Shown: piece by piece, positions 19,589 to 29,958 of the stretch | Position numbering within the stretch: position 1 is the first letter of the stretch | How the letters are laid out: each line of letters starts with the position of its first letter | Source of the DNA: Nitrospirota bacterium | Lineage (GTDB): Bacteria; Nitrospirota; UBA9217 | Direction: 5' to 3' | Assembly: GCA_963754875.1 (NCBI GenBank) | Contig: CAVWHO010000005.1 | Coordinates: 1 to 64,000, forward strand | DNA: 64,000 bases | Made by a program: the position numbers and the translations under genes | The notes under the pieces: model-generated | Seen by the model: only the letters and a program-made list of their open reading frames with translations | What the model was told of the DNA's origin: nothing | Databases searched by the model: none

Positions 19589-21773
19589 TCAAACGAGGAG
19601 CAGCCCCTGCGCTCTCAGGGTTTTCCATTCTTTGGACCTCAGAAACGTCTCGAAGGGTGAAGTAAATTGTTTCTCGTAATTCTTTTTCAGTTCACTAAGC
19701 AGCACGGGCTCCGCATTGTGAACCGATAATCGGCCAAACACATTATTCAACCATTCGCCGGTTTCCCTACTCATGGTCAGGGCAAAGCTGTGTGTTTTGT
19801 TATAAAAGACCAGCCTGCGTTTTCCCTTCTCTGGCGTTTCGGGTCGCTCCCAGACAGGCCTGTTTTCGAGCCAGAGGACCCTCGCTTTCAACCTGTCTTT
19901 ATCAGGACCCTGTACTTGAATGATCGCCTGTTCCACGTAATTTGTTTTTACAGAAACACGGGGCACTTTAAATTCGAACCACTCCCTCACAGGAAAATCC
20001 GTGCCGATTCCGTGCATGAAGTTGTACACGGCCTTGTTCAGTCCCTGTGCAAAAAGCTCGTGATCGCACCCGCTGGGATCTTCGTGCATGAGATCGTTCC
20101 TCGCGAACTTGCCAGGCGCGTCGATTATCCTGGACTTATACTTTGCCGGATTTATCCCCACATCGCTGTGCACCGTGGCCGTAAACCTGTGCCAGAAGGC
20201 GGATTGCATAAGCCCGTTCTTAAAAAACTGGCGCACGATCTCCAAACTGTCAACGGTTTCCTGTTCCGTTTGTGTGGTGAAACCGTACATCAAATAGGCG
20301 TGGACCATGATGCCTGCAGATGTGAAGTTTCGGCAGGCCTGGGCAGCCTGACGGATGGTAACGCCCTTATTCATGAGCTTCAAAAGCCTGTCCGAGGCGG
20401 TTTCGAGTCCGCCGGTCACGGCGATGCAGCCCGAAGCTGCCAGGAGCCTGCAGAGGTCCTGGGTAAAAGTATTTTCAAAGCGGATGTTTCCCCACCACGA
20501 AATGCTCACGCCTCTTTTCAGCAGTTCCAGGGCGAGTTCTTCGAGCATTGCCGGCGGAGCAGCTTCGTCGACAAAGTGGAAGCCGCTCTGACCTGTCTGG
20601 CTGATCATCTTGCTCGATCCGGTCGACCAGCACAGACGCAGGCGCGCTGTCGAAACGTTTTATATAATCGAGGTTCGTGTCGCAGAAGGAGCACTTGTGC
20701 CAGTAGCAGCCATGGGCTACTGTCATCTTGTTCCATCTGCCGTCTGACCAGAGGCGGTGCATCGGGTTTGCTATCTCGATCAGGGAAAGATATCTATCAA
20801 GGGGAAGGCCGGAATAATCCGGGCAGCCGATCTCTGCATGAGAAAAATCTTTTTCTCCGTTGTCGATATATTTCACTCCGCCTTCAATCCGGACAAAGGT
20901 CCTCGTGAGAGTGCTCTTGTCTTTTTCCCCTTCGAGGTTTTTTAAAATATTTACAAAAGGACGTTCGCCGTCGTCCAGCGTGAGGTAATCGAGATAGTCG
21001 AAGACAGCCGGCTCTGAAAGTTCACGTAGCTCGGTAGTAACGAATCCTCCTCCCCCGATGACTTTGATGTGCGCAAAATTATTCTTTATGAATTGACCGC
21101 ACTTCAAGGCAGCAAAGAGATTTCCGGGAAAGGGAATGGTGATGCCGACAACGTCAGGGCGACGATCTTCGAGATGTTTCTTCAGAAGTGCCAGGAGCCA
21201 GGTGTCGAGGAGAGTATCCTGCCCGCGTAAGGCGGCATCGATCGGAGAAAAAGAATGGGCCGACATACCGAGCTTTTCGGCATAGCGGGAAAAGCCGAAA
21301 GAGGGAGTGATTGCCTCTTTTATAAGATCGCCGATGTCTTCTATATAGAGTGTTGCGAAAAATCGGGCCTTGTCATTCACCCCGATGTTCCCGAACGACC
21401 ACTCGAGATCGGGCAATTGATCGAACCGGAATGCTCTCGGCAGAAAATGCTCCTCACTCAAGGCCTGAGCAAGGGTGTTGTCGCGGTACTGCAAAAAATT
21501 CATCACCGGCTCTATGGTTTGCAGATAATAGCGTTCATTTCTAATGATCCGGAGCGCATTCGGGGAAAGCTGATCGCGCTTCTTTTTAACGAGCTCGAAG
21601 AGCTTTTGAAATCCGTCGTGCGAAAAGATTCTATTGATCAGCTCAATGCTTAAGTCAGCCTGGAATACCTCATACCCTTGCTGTTTCAGAAAGCCCTTTA
21701 AAGAGGGCGTTGCCGGATAGGGAGTATTGAGCTGGGTAAGGGGCGGAGTGATGAGAAGGACTTTCAAGGGCAT
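19589..21773 (-). CDS. B12-binding-domain radical SAM protein; one frameshift at ~20610
   Basis: TQLNTPYPA, GCYWHKCSFCD (CxxxCxxC), FHFVDEA, GGLETAS, HAYLMYGF across ORFs 20475-21800 and 19589-20608. Confidence 0.85.
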
Positions 21774-21943
21774 GGGGCATTTTACACCTAACCGTAGCAT
21801 GACGCACGCAATTTTGTACGGTCAAACTGCCCTCATCTTTTGAATTGAAAGTTAACCTGTTGCATGGCATAATCGCGGGAAATTCAGCTGGCTTTTCTCA
21901 TGCTCATTCAAATGTGAGTCATCACGAGCCTTAGGTTCGAACC

Positions 21944-22018
21944 ACCGCCCCAACCCCTCCTTGGCAAGGAGGGGCAGTAAAGAGTTCCTCCCCTTGCCAA
22001 GGGGAGGTCAGGTGGGGT
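21944..22018. repeat. REP-like doublet of GC-rich palindromes
   Basis: CCCCTCCTTGGCAAGGAGGGG (21954-21974) and CCTCCCCTTGCCAAGGGGAGG (21987-22007). Confidence 0.75.
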
Positions 22019-22076
22019 GCTTTCAGTTCTACGGCAAACTACTTTCATTATTGTGGGGCAAGAGGAGGAGCGTTTC

Positions 22077-23318
22077 ATGCTTATACAGCCGATACTCGGC
22101 ATCATCGTTTTCCTGGGGATCGCCTGGATCATCAGCGAAAGAAGGAGGAGCGTCCGCTATACAACGATCCTCACCGGCCTTGTGGTCCAATTTGCAATCG
22201 CCGGCATCCTCCTCTACATCCCGATCTTCAAAAAATTCTTTCTTCTTTTGAATAACATCGTCCTGTCCCTCGAAGCCGCGACAAAAGCAGGCACGTCCTT
22301 CGTGTTCGGCTACATCGGCGGCGGGACGCCGCCCTTCCTGCTCCAGGACCCGGGATCGAACTTCATTCTCGCCTTCCAGGCATTGCCGTTGGTCCTGGTG
22401 ATCGGTGCTCTCTCTGCGCTCCTTTTCTACTGGAGGATCCTTCCATATATAGTAAAGGGCTTTTCCTTTCTGCTCCAGAAGACCATGAACATCGGAGGCG
22501 CGCTCGGTTTGGGCGCTTCCACAACGATCTTTCTCGGCATGGTCGAGGCCCCGCTCGTGATCAAGCCCTATCTTAAGAATATGACGCGGAGCGAGCTCTT
22601 TTCTCTCATGACCGTTGGCATGGCCTGCATTGCAGGCACCGTCATGATCCTCTACGCTACTTTTTTAAATGGCGTGATCCCAGACCCCCTTGGCCATCTT
22701 TTGATAGCTTCATTCATCCACGTGGCAGCTGCAATTACGATCGCGCGCGTCATGGTTCCCGAGATCGGCGAGGCGACAGCGGGACAACTCCTCCCCCAGA
22801 GAACCGCATCGAGCTCCATGGATGCCGTGGTAAAAGGAACCATGGACGGGCTTCAACTCCTCCTCAATATTATTGCTATGCTCGTGGTGATGGTGGCCTT
22901 GGTGCATCTCGCGAACCTGCTGATCGGCCTGTTTCCTAATGTGTCTGGACAACCGCTTACTCTCCAGAGGATTCTCGGGTTCTTCATGGCCCCCATCGTC
23001 TGGCTCTTCGGTATCCCCTGGCCCCAGGCACAGACCGCCGGCTATCTCATGGGTACGAAAACCATCCTGAACGAACTCCTCGCGTTCCTCGAAATGGCCA
23101 AGCTCCCCGCAGGCGCACTTGACGACCGCAGCCGCTTGATCATGACCTATGCGCTCGCAAGCTTCGCAAACTTCGGCAGTCTGGGAATACTCATCGGCGG
23201 GTTGGGCAGTCTCGCGCCTGAACGACGAGACGAGGTTGTGGGGCTCGGCATGAAGGCGATCGTGGCAGGCACGCTGGCCACCTGTATGACCGGCGCGGTG
23301 ATCGGGATATTTACGTAG
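22077..23318 (+). CDS. nupC: NupC/CNT family nucleoside:cation symporter
   Basis: FLGMVEAPL, GTKTILNE, ASFANFGSLGI; GAGGAGG RBS. Confidence 0.92.
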   Translation: MLIQPILGIIVFLGIAWIISERRRSVRYTTILTGLVVQFAIAGILLYIPIFKKFFLLLNNIVLSLEAATKAGTSFVFGYIGGGTPPFLLQDPGSNFILAFQALPLVLVIGALSALLFYWRILPYIVKGFSFLLQKTMNIGGALGLGASTTIFLGMVEAPLVIKPYLKNMTRSELFSLMTVGMACIAGTVMILYATFLNGVIPDPLGHLLIASFIHVAAAITIARVMVPEIGEATAGQLLPQRTASSSMDAVVKGTMDGLQLLLNIIAMLVVMVALVHLANLLIGLFPNVSGQPLTLQRILGFFMAPIVWLFGIPWPQAQTAGYLMGTKTILNELLAFLEMAKLPAGALDDRSRLIMTYALASFANFGSLGILIGGLGSLAPERRDEVVGLGMKAIVAGTLATCMTGAVIGIFT

Positions 23319-23360
23319 GATGTAGTTGCTTGAGGCCGGTTTCGTTGGCAGCCTCAATTC

Positions 23361-23466
23361 GTAGGTCGGGTAGAGTGCAGCGAAACCCGACATCTTCCTC
23401 TGCTATGATGCGACTATTCCCGCCAAGAAGCGTCGGGTTTCGCAAAAAACGTTCTACCCGACCTGC
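23361..23466. repeat. GTAG-type REP doublet (REPIN-like) between convergent genes
   Basis: GTAGGTCGGGTAGAG...CGAAACCCGAC and inverted GTCGGGTTTCG...TCTACCCGACCTGC. Confidence 0.75.
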
Positions 23467-23668
23467 ACGGCTGAGATACGCAAGCACGGTCCTGCCGTCA
23501 GCATCAGGGCCAAGCCGTTCGTGGTACTCGCAGCCTTTGTTCAGGCGCGTGCTCGCGTCAGTTAGACTTGTTAATGTCATATTCTTTCCAAGCTCACCCT
23601 GTCATATTGTGCTGCGATTTTCACGTTGCCACGGAAAATAATTCGTTGAAGTTAAAACCAGGCTAAAA

Positions 23669-24139
23669 TCAGCGCGGCTGTTTTTGATTCGCCGACTGTT
23701 TCTTGTCTTCTATTTTATTTATATAGTAGCCGGAGACCCGCCATTTCCCGTCTTTATCCAGCATAGGCGTAACCGTCTCTATTGCCATCTTCTTATTCTC
23801 GAAGGACGTCTCGAACTGGACGACAACATACTCACCATCGGGAGCGCCGGGTAGTGAGGACTTGTAGACTTTCGTCAGCACTTTTCTTGAAAAGAGTTTG
23901 CCGAGAGGCTTACGAGCCGCCTGCATTGATTGCTCCCATTGCTCCGGCTTTACGGCATTCCTGAACAATTCAGCGGCTTCCTTCCAGCTTGAGGCATATT
24001 CCCTTGCATCAACAGTTGCGAGCCATTGCTCAGCTGCGGAAATAGCAGCCGCCTCTTTTCCTGCATCACTCGCCATGACAGTGCCGCCTGAAAGAATCAA
24101 CCCAGCTATAACCAGACATAGAATTCTACGAATCGTCAT
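23669..24139 (-). CDS. DUF4019-type secreted protein
   Basis: Signal peptide; RKPLG, LPGAPDGEY, FETSFENK, ETVTPM, WRVSGY. Confidence 0.85.
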   Translation of the reverse strand: MTIRRILCLVIAGLILSGGTVMASDAGKEAAAISAAEQWLATVDAREYASSWKEAAELFRNAVKPEQWEQSMQAARKPLGKLFSRKVLTKVYKSSLPGAPDGEYVVVQFETSFENKKMAIETVTPMLDKDGKWRVSGYYINKIEDKKQSANQKQPR

Positions 24140-24691
24140 TCCTTCCTTCTTTTTTATATACACAATGCGGCGGTAAACGGCGAGCCCCCGACTTGTCGGC
24201 GGCGAGTCCGTCTTGACTGCCACACTCTCCCGGCACGATTCCCAGCCGGGAGAACAAAGTATAGGGACGGAAACCGCCCCGATAAGCACGAAATTTCGGT
24301 GTTATCGAGTTTAGCAATGAACATGCCAAACCACTTATTGTATTATGCACGAATATATTTCTGATTCTCAAAAAAAGATCGCTTCGCAAAACGCCGACGT
24401 GGGTAAGGGTGCCGGAAAACAATTCCGCAAAATGACTGCGTATATTATTATCGGGAAAGAATGCACCGGGCCTGGAAAGGATTCGTTTCGATTATAAATA
24501 CATTCCGCGAATTGTCAAGAATTTCGAAGGGGTATTTTCAGGGTATGTCGATGAGGTATCTTGCTCATGCGTCTCTGTGTCAATTTCTTCGTTATAGCCG
24601 GCACATGAAAATTCTTTGCTGTTGATCAGTCGCGAATCACGATTTACACGAATGACTTCCCGCACCGGGCGTATTCTGATATAATCGTTCT

Positions 24692-26305
24692 ATGCAAATT
24701 TTTCGCTACCGTGGCAGGTTTTTTCAAGGCGTAGGCATCTTCTTCAGGGTCCTCCTAAGCTACAAGTTTCATTCGCTCCGGAACGCCTTTGTCGATCCCG
24801 CAGTTCGCGAAGAGCGTCTGAAGAAGCTCCACGCGAAAAACGCCCGGCTGCTGCGCGAGCGCATGATCAAGATGCGCGGCGTGCTCATCAAGATCGGCCA
24901 GTTCCTGTCTTCCCGCGTCGACATTCTTCCCGAGGAATACACCGACGAACTCTCGAAGCTCCAGGACCAGGTGCCGCCCGCACCCTTCCGCGAGATCTCG
25001 CTCCGTTTGACCGAAGAGCTCGGGCCCATCGATGAGGTCTTCTCTTCTTTTGACGATGTCCCGATTGCGTCCGCGTCCCTCGGCCAGGTGCACAAGGCCT
25101 GTCTCCGGGACGGCGACTGCATTGTAGTCAAGGTCCAGTATCCCGGGATCGAGGAGATCATTGCCGCCGATATCCGTACGCTCCTGTTCATCGTCAAGAT
25201 CCTCCGCAGGCTGTACCGCCAGATTAACCTCGATGTGATCTTTTCAGAATTTTCCCGGATCGTCCATGAGGAGCTGGACTACATGCAGGAGGGAAAGAAC
25301 GCCGAAACCTTTGCCCGGAATTTCGCAAAAAATCCGAAGATCAAGATCCCGATCGTCTACTGGCCCTTTACCACAAAGAAGGTGCTGACCCTCGAATATC
25401 TCGAAGGGATCAAGATCACGGACTTCGACGCGATCGACCGTGCCGGCATCGACCGGAAAGAGGTGGCCCGCATCCTGGCAGAGGCCTATGCGCAGATGTT
25501 CTTCTTCGACGGTTTTTTCCACGGCGACCCGCACCCGGGCAATATCTTCGTGAAGCGGGGACCGGAGGTCATCCTCGTTGACTTCGGCATGGTCGACCGC
25601 CTTTCGGCCCCGAAGAAGGACGGCCTCCGCAGGGCCTTCACGGCCATCGTGGACCGGGACGCCCTGGGCCTGGTGCGCTCGCTCGTGGACATGGGCTTTA
25701 TCCCGCTCACCAAGGACGTCCAGCCGCTTGTGCTGTTCGTGGACAAGATCCTCCAGAAGTACCGCGACATCTCGGCAAGCGAGTTCAAAGCCATGGACAT
25801 CGATGAGATCGGCAAGGACATCATGGACGGACTCCAGCTGTCCCCTTCGATCCAGATCCCGAACGACTTCATCCTCTTCGGCAGGGTCGTGGGCATGCTG
25901 AACGGCCTCGGATCGAGCCTCGATCCGGAGACCAATATTATCGAGATTGCCGCGCCCTTTGCGCGCAAGTTTATCACCTCGGAGGAGTTCACGCCAGCGG
26001 CTCTGGTGCGCCAAATCGGCACTTCGGCCCGTTCGCTCGTAAAGCTTCCGAAGCTGCTGACCGATTTCCTTGTTACCACAAGCCGGGGCGAGACGCGGGT
26101 GGAGATCACGTCGCGGGACATCGTAGAGGAACTCCACAAAATCTCGCGCATCGGAAAAGGCTTTGTGTTTGCGATCCTGGCGGTAGGCGCGGGCATGGCC
26201 GCGGTGGTGCTGCGCATCAGCCATTTCGATTCGGAGAGCATGTGGGCCGCTCTTGCCTGCGCTGTTCTCTTCCTGTGGCTCGTGTTTTCTCTTCCGAAAA
26301 AGTAA
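24692..26305 (+). CDS. AarF/ABC1/UbiB family kinase
   Basis: IKIGQFLS, ASASLGQVH, VKVQYP, FFHGDPHPGN, DFG; C-terminal TM helices. Confidence 0.93.
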   Translation: MQIFRYRGRFFQGVGIFFRVLLSYKFHSLRNAFVDPAVREERLKKLHAKNARLLRERMIKMRGVLIKIGQFLSSRVDILPEEYTDELSKLQDQVPPAPFREISLRLTEELGPIDEVFSSFDDVPIASASLGQVHKACLRDGDCIVVKVQYPGIEEIIAADIRTLLFIVKILRRLYRQINLDVIFSEFSRIVHEELDYMQEGKNAETFARNFAKNPKIKIPIVYWPFTTKKVLTLEYLEGIKITDFDAIDRAGIDRKEVARILAEAYAQMFFFDGFFHGDPHPGNIFVKRGPEVILVDFGMVDRLSAPKKDGLRRAFTAIVDRDALGLVRSLVDMGFIPLTKDVQPLVLFVDKILQKYRDISASEFKAMDIDEIGKDIMDGLQLSPSIQIPNDFILFGRVVGMLNGLGSSLDPETNIIEIAAPFARKFITSEEFTPAALVRQIGTSARSLVKLPKLLTDFLVTTSRGETRVEITSRDIVEELHKISRIGKGFVFAILAVGAGMAAVVLRISHFDSESMWAALACAVLFLWLVFSLPKK

Positions 26306-26385
26306 CGGCCTCCGGTCCTTCTTGTTCTCTCTTCCGTCGTGCCTCGTTTTCCCAAGTGGATTGAACCGGTGGACAGAGGGGGGAG

Positions 26386-27165
26386 CTAGGAGACGGTAAA
26401 AACCTCGGATGCACAATACCGGTCTGCCACGTAGAGGGTGAGTTTTTCCGCCATGACCTTGCGATGGGTCTTGAGAGCCACGTCGGGATGATTGTTCTGT
26501 TCCGAGAGATGGGCCAGACAGGCCCATTGGAGGCGGTTTGAGTGGGACGCGTGGAGCAGCACCTCTGCAGCTTCAAAATTCGAAATGTGGCCGCGCGGGC
26601 CTTTGATCCGCTGTTTGAGGTACGCGGGATAGGGTCCGTGCGCGAGCATCTCCGGATCGTAGTTGCTCTCGAGGAATACGGCGTCAAGCGAAGCCACGAT
26701 GTGCACGAGGTCCTTGAACACATGGCCCAGGTCCGTCAGGATCCCGAGCCTTTTTTCGCCGGATTCGATCACGAAGGCCGACCCGTCCGCGCCGTCATGG
26801 GGCGTGGGGATCGCATGCACGACCGCGTCGCCAATTCTCAATTTATCGTTCGACCGGAAGTGTCGTACGTCCTTCATGTTCCCGAGCGCGCACCGTGACG
26901 ATGCGGCGGCCAGCGTCGCGGGCGTCACGAACACGGGCAGGCCGTATTTCCGCTGCAGCACGCCTGCGTGCCGGATATGGTCGGAATGGTCGTGCGAAAT
27001 GATCACGGCGTCTACTTCGCGAATATCGCGGCCCTGCGCCGCGAGCCGCTCTTCTGCCTGCACCCCGCTGATCCCTGCGTCGAAGAGCAGCCGGGTGCCT
27101 TCGGTCTCGACGTAGATGCAGTTGCCGCTGCTGCCCGACTGGAGAGAAATGGCGATCATGGTCAT
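26386..27165 (-). CDS. MBL-fold metallohydrolase (YycJ/WalJ-like)
   Basis: SGSSGN, SHDHSDH, TDLG, ESNYD, HLSEQNN. Confidence 0.92.
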   Translation of the reverse strand: MTMIAISLQSGSSGNCIYVETEGTRLLFDAGISGVQAEERLAAQGRDIREVDAVIISHDHSDHIRHAGVLQRKYGLPVFVTPATLAAASSRCALGNMKDVRHFRSNDKLRIGDAVVHAIPTPHDGADGSAFVIESGEKRLGILTDLGHVFKDLVHIVASLDAVFLESNYDPEMLAHGPYPAYLKQRIKGPRGHISNFEAAEVLLHASHSNRLQWACLAHLSEQNNHPDVALKTHRKVMAEKLTLYVADRYCASEVFTVS

Positions 27166-27322
27166 GTCGGAAGCACTTTATCAGCCCGGCGGTCGTTTGT
27201 CAACAATCACGCGGGAAGAATCTCCTTGCGGCCTTGCCCAGTATTCTCTATAATGCCGACGTTCCTACGCGTCGGTCCTCCTCGATGCGGCACAACAGGG
27301 TCTTCGTGCGAACCGGAGCTTT

Positions 27323-28054
27323 ATGCAGAACCAGACACTGCTCGATCGAGTCAGCATCATCCTCGTAGACACCAAGACGCCGGCGAATATCGGTGCGGCC
27401 GCGCGGTGTATGATGAACATGGGCCTCTCACGGCTCATTCTCGTGAATCCTTCCTCTGACAAGAACGGCGATGCCTCCCGGCTTGCCGCAGGCGCTGACC
27501 AAATTTTGGAGCGAGCACTGGTCTATTCCTCGCTTGCGGAAGCAGTCGTCGGCCAGGGTTTGGTCATCGGCACGTCGCGCCAGACGGGCAGGCAGCGGAG
27601 GAAGGTCCTGTCACCACGAGATATGGCACTGAGCGTTGTTTCTTTTCTTGCCCGGAATAATGCTGCGATCGTCTTCGGCAGCGAAGTGAACGGGCTGGAG
27701 CTCCGCGACATCACGCTTTGCCAGGAATTGGTGTCCATACCCTCTGCCGAGTCATTTCCCTCGTTGAACCTTTCCCATGCCGTCATGATAGTTGCCTACG
27801 AGTTGTTTGTGGCGGCAGGTTCCCCTGCTGCGCCCTCAGCCAGAGAACTTGCGCCTGCAGAAGAGGTGGAACTTTTTTATGGTCAACTGCAGGAAACGCT
27901 TCAATCTATCGGCTTTTTCGGAGACCAGGATTCCAGCCGCATGATGCACTCGCTCAGGCAGATTTTCGGCAGGTCCCGGCTGGACAGGAGGGATGTTCAA
28001 ATCTTGCGCGGAATTCTGAGTACTTTCAATAGGGTGAGAAAGAGTAACATGTAA
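27323..28054 (+). CDS. trmJ: SPOUT RNA methyltransferase, TrmJ-like
   Basis: NIGAAARCMMNMG, FGSEVNGL, PSLNLSHAV. Confidence 0.9.
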   Translation: MQNQTLLDRVSIILVDTKTPANIGAAARCMMNMGLSRLILVNPSSDKNGDASRLAAGADQILERALVYSSLAEAVVGQGLVIGTSRQTGRQRRKVLSPRDMALSVVSFLARNNAAIVFGSEVNGLELRDITLCQELVSIPSAESFPSLNLSHAVMIVAYELFVAAGSPAAPSARELAPAEEVELFYGQLQETLQSIGFFGDQDSSRMMHSLRQIFGRSRLDRRDVQILRGILSTFNRVRKSNM

Positions 28055-28279
28055 TATTCGGTAATGAGTAGAATCTACATACTCCTTTCTTTTCGTCCCA
28101 TAAATTTACAATTACAAATTAATGCATAATTAAACATTCGTATTGACAAGTGTGGCCATCAACATTTATATTATGGTCAAGAAAATTAATAATTGGTTTT
28201 CTGCTGCAATGCAGTGTTTGTAGTACCTGTCTCAGGGAAATTTTATTGGCAATAATTTTTTCTTTGACGAGGGGGTCTG

Positions 28280-28684
28280 ATGCTGAAAATGTCGAAAAGT
28301 GTTACTGCGGTCATCGCTAAGCCTATAGTAAAACAGAATTGCTGGGAGTTTAAGAAATGCGGACGACAGCCGGGCGGTCCCAAGGTTGCCGACCTCGGCA
28401 TTTGTCCTGCTACGGTGCATCAGCCATTGAACGGCGCGCACCACGGCAAAAATGCCGGCAGGTCTTGCTGGGTTGTGGCGGGTTCTCTGTGCGGCGGCAA
28501 GATCCAGGGTACCTATGCACAAAAACTGAACAACTGCTGGCGGTGCGAGTTCATGAACCTGGTTAAAAAAGAGGAAGAGCCTTCTACTTTCGGCTTTTCT
28601 CATACTCGCCTGGGAATGGAAAAGACGTTGGAAAAAAATTCTTATCATACGGAAGCTGGTTCAGTAGAACAGAAGAAAGACTGA
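28280..28684 (+). CDS. Stand-alone two-CW domain protein
   Basis: NCWEFKKCGR...CP...GRSCWVVAGSLCGGKIQG...CWRCEF. Confidence 0.85.
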   Translation: MLKMSKSVTAVIAKPIVKQNCWEFKKCGRQPGGPKVADLGICPATVHQPLNGAHHGKNAGRSCWVVAGSLCGGKIQGTYAQKLNNCWRCEFMNLVKKEEEPSTFGFSHTRLGMEKTLEKNSYHTEAGSVEQKKD

Positions 28685-28751
28685 TTTTATTTGGAAATAG
28701 GATAGCTGTTTTGGTTTGCTTTCAATCTTTAAAGGAGGATCATTAAAAGAA

Positions 28752-29126
28752 ATGGGAAAGGTGAATTGCTGGGAACATAAAAAATGCGGACGTCAACCGG
28801 GCGGCCATAAGGCCCAGGAACTCGGCGTATGCCCGGTCACGACTTATACGGACCTGCACGGCGCACACGGCGGAGCAAATGCCGGCAGGGCATGCTGGGC
28901 AATAGCCGGGTCGCTGTGCGGCGGCAAGATCCAGGGGACCTATGCGCAAAAACTGAACAACTGCTGGAGATGTGATTTTATGAATGTAGTTAAGAAAGAG
29001 GAAGAACCGATGCCGCTCGGTTTTTCTGCCACGCGTCTCGGTCTGGACAAGACCCTGGAAAAGCAGCGGCTCAAGGCAAACGGCGCTCTGGCCTATGCAG
29101 GAATGGCGGAAGCAGAGCGGCACTAA
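28752..29126 (+). CDS. Stand-alone two-CW domain protein (paralog)
   Basis: NCWEHKKCGR...GRACWAIAGSLCGGKIQG...CWRCDF; AGGAGG RBS. Confidence 0.85.
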   Translation: MGKVNCWEHKKCGRQPGGHKAQELGVCPVTTYTDLHGAHGGANAGRACWAIAGSLCGGKIQGTYAQKLNNCWRCDFMNVVKKEEEPMPLGFSATRLGLDKTLEKQRLKANGALAYAGMAEAERH

Positions 29127-29181
29127 GCACCGGCATATCAATACGTTCTTGAGAAAAGAACGTTTCTCGTACCAGAGGACC

Positions 29182-29238
29182 ACAGAATGCAAGGATGTCG
29201 TGACGATATGTCACGGTCTTCGCGTTCTGTTTTTTTTT
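29182..29238 (+). terminator. Terminator after the two-CW pair
   Basis: CAGAATGC...CGTGAC/GTCACG...GCGTTCTG hairpin followed by T9. Confidence 0.7.
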
Positions 29239-29337
29239 ATTCAGTCGCCTGGGAGGAGAGGTTAGAAATGCAAGACAACACAATATTAGGCTGCGAGGAT
29301 AACTTACGCTTAACGTCCATGCAAAGAAAAAGCTGGT

Positions 29338-29958
29338 CTATGTTAATCCTGTTGAGAGTTTCCGTGCTGTTTGATCCAATTCAATCGTCCCAAGCGTGGG
29401 TTTCCTTCTGCCAAAGAAAGAGCTGCGATCGATCTTGGTTGAATCACCAGCATAGACCTCGTGGATAAAAAGCTGACAAATTGTCGTCCCCGGCTTTACT
29501 ACAATCGGGACTTCCCCAACGTTTGAAAGCTCCAGTGTAATGCAGCCCGTAAAGCCAGGGTGGACGCCTGTGGCGGTTGCGATAATGAGTCCATGCCGAC
29601 CCCAGGAAGACCTCCCGACCACATATGCAGCTTTATCCGATGGAAGACGAACCCATTCCAGCGTTACTCCCAGCACAAACGATTTCGGATGAATAACGAA
29701 CTCCACTCCAAATGGCACATAATGAGATTGGGTTAATTTCGCCTCGCTTGGGATGTCGGCGTGCTTTTCGTATATATCAAAAACTCCAATGCGGCTCTGC
29801 CGAAATGTCAAAAACCAGCAACCCAAACGTATATCAACTGAAGCAGATCCTGAATTCTTGATTCCCTCCAAGTCCAGCATTGGCGTGATAACCAAAGGAT
29901 CGTTTATGTCCTTCGGACTCGTCAACTCTCTATAGATATCTTCGGCTTTAAGAATCAT
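29338..29958 (-). CDS. dcd: dCTP deaminase (trimeric dUTPase fold), atypical
   Basis: SVDIRLG, FVLGVTLEWVRLP, GRSSWGRHGL, PGFTGCITLELSN, ICQL. Confidence 0.85.
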   Translation of the reverse strand: MILKAEDIYRELTSPKDINDPLVITPMLDLEGIKNSGSASVDIRLGCWFLTFRQSRIGVFDIYEKHADIPSEAKLTQSHYVPFGVEFVIHPKSFVLGVTLEWVRLPSDKAAYVVGRSSWGRHGLIIATATGVHPGFTGCITLELSNVGEVPIVVKPGTTICQLFIHEVYAGDSTKIDRSSFFGRRKPTLGTIELDQTARKLSTGLT

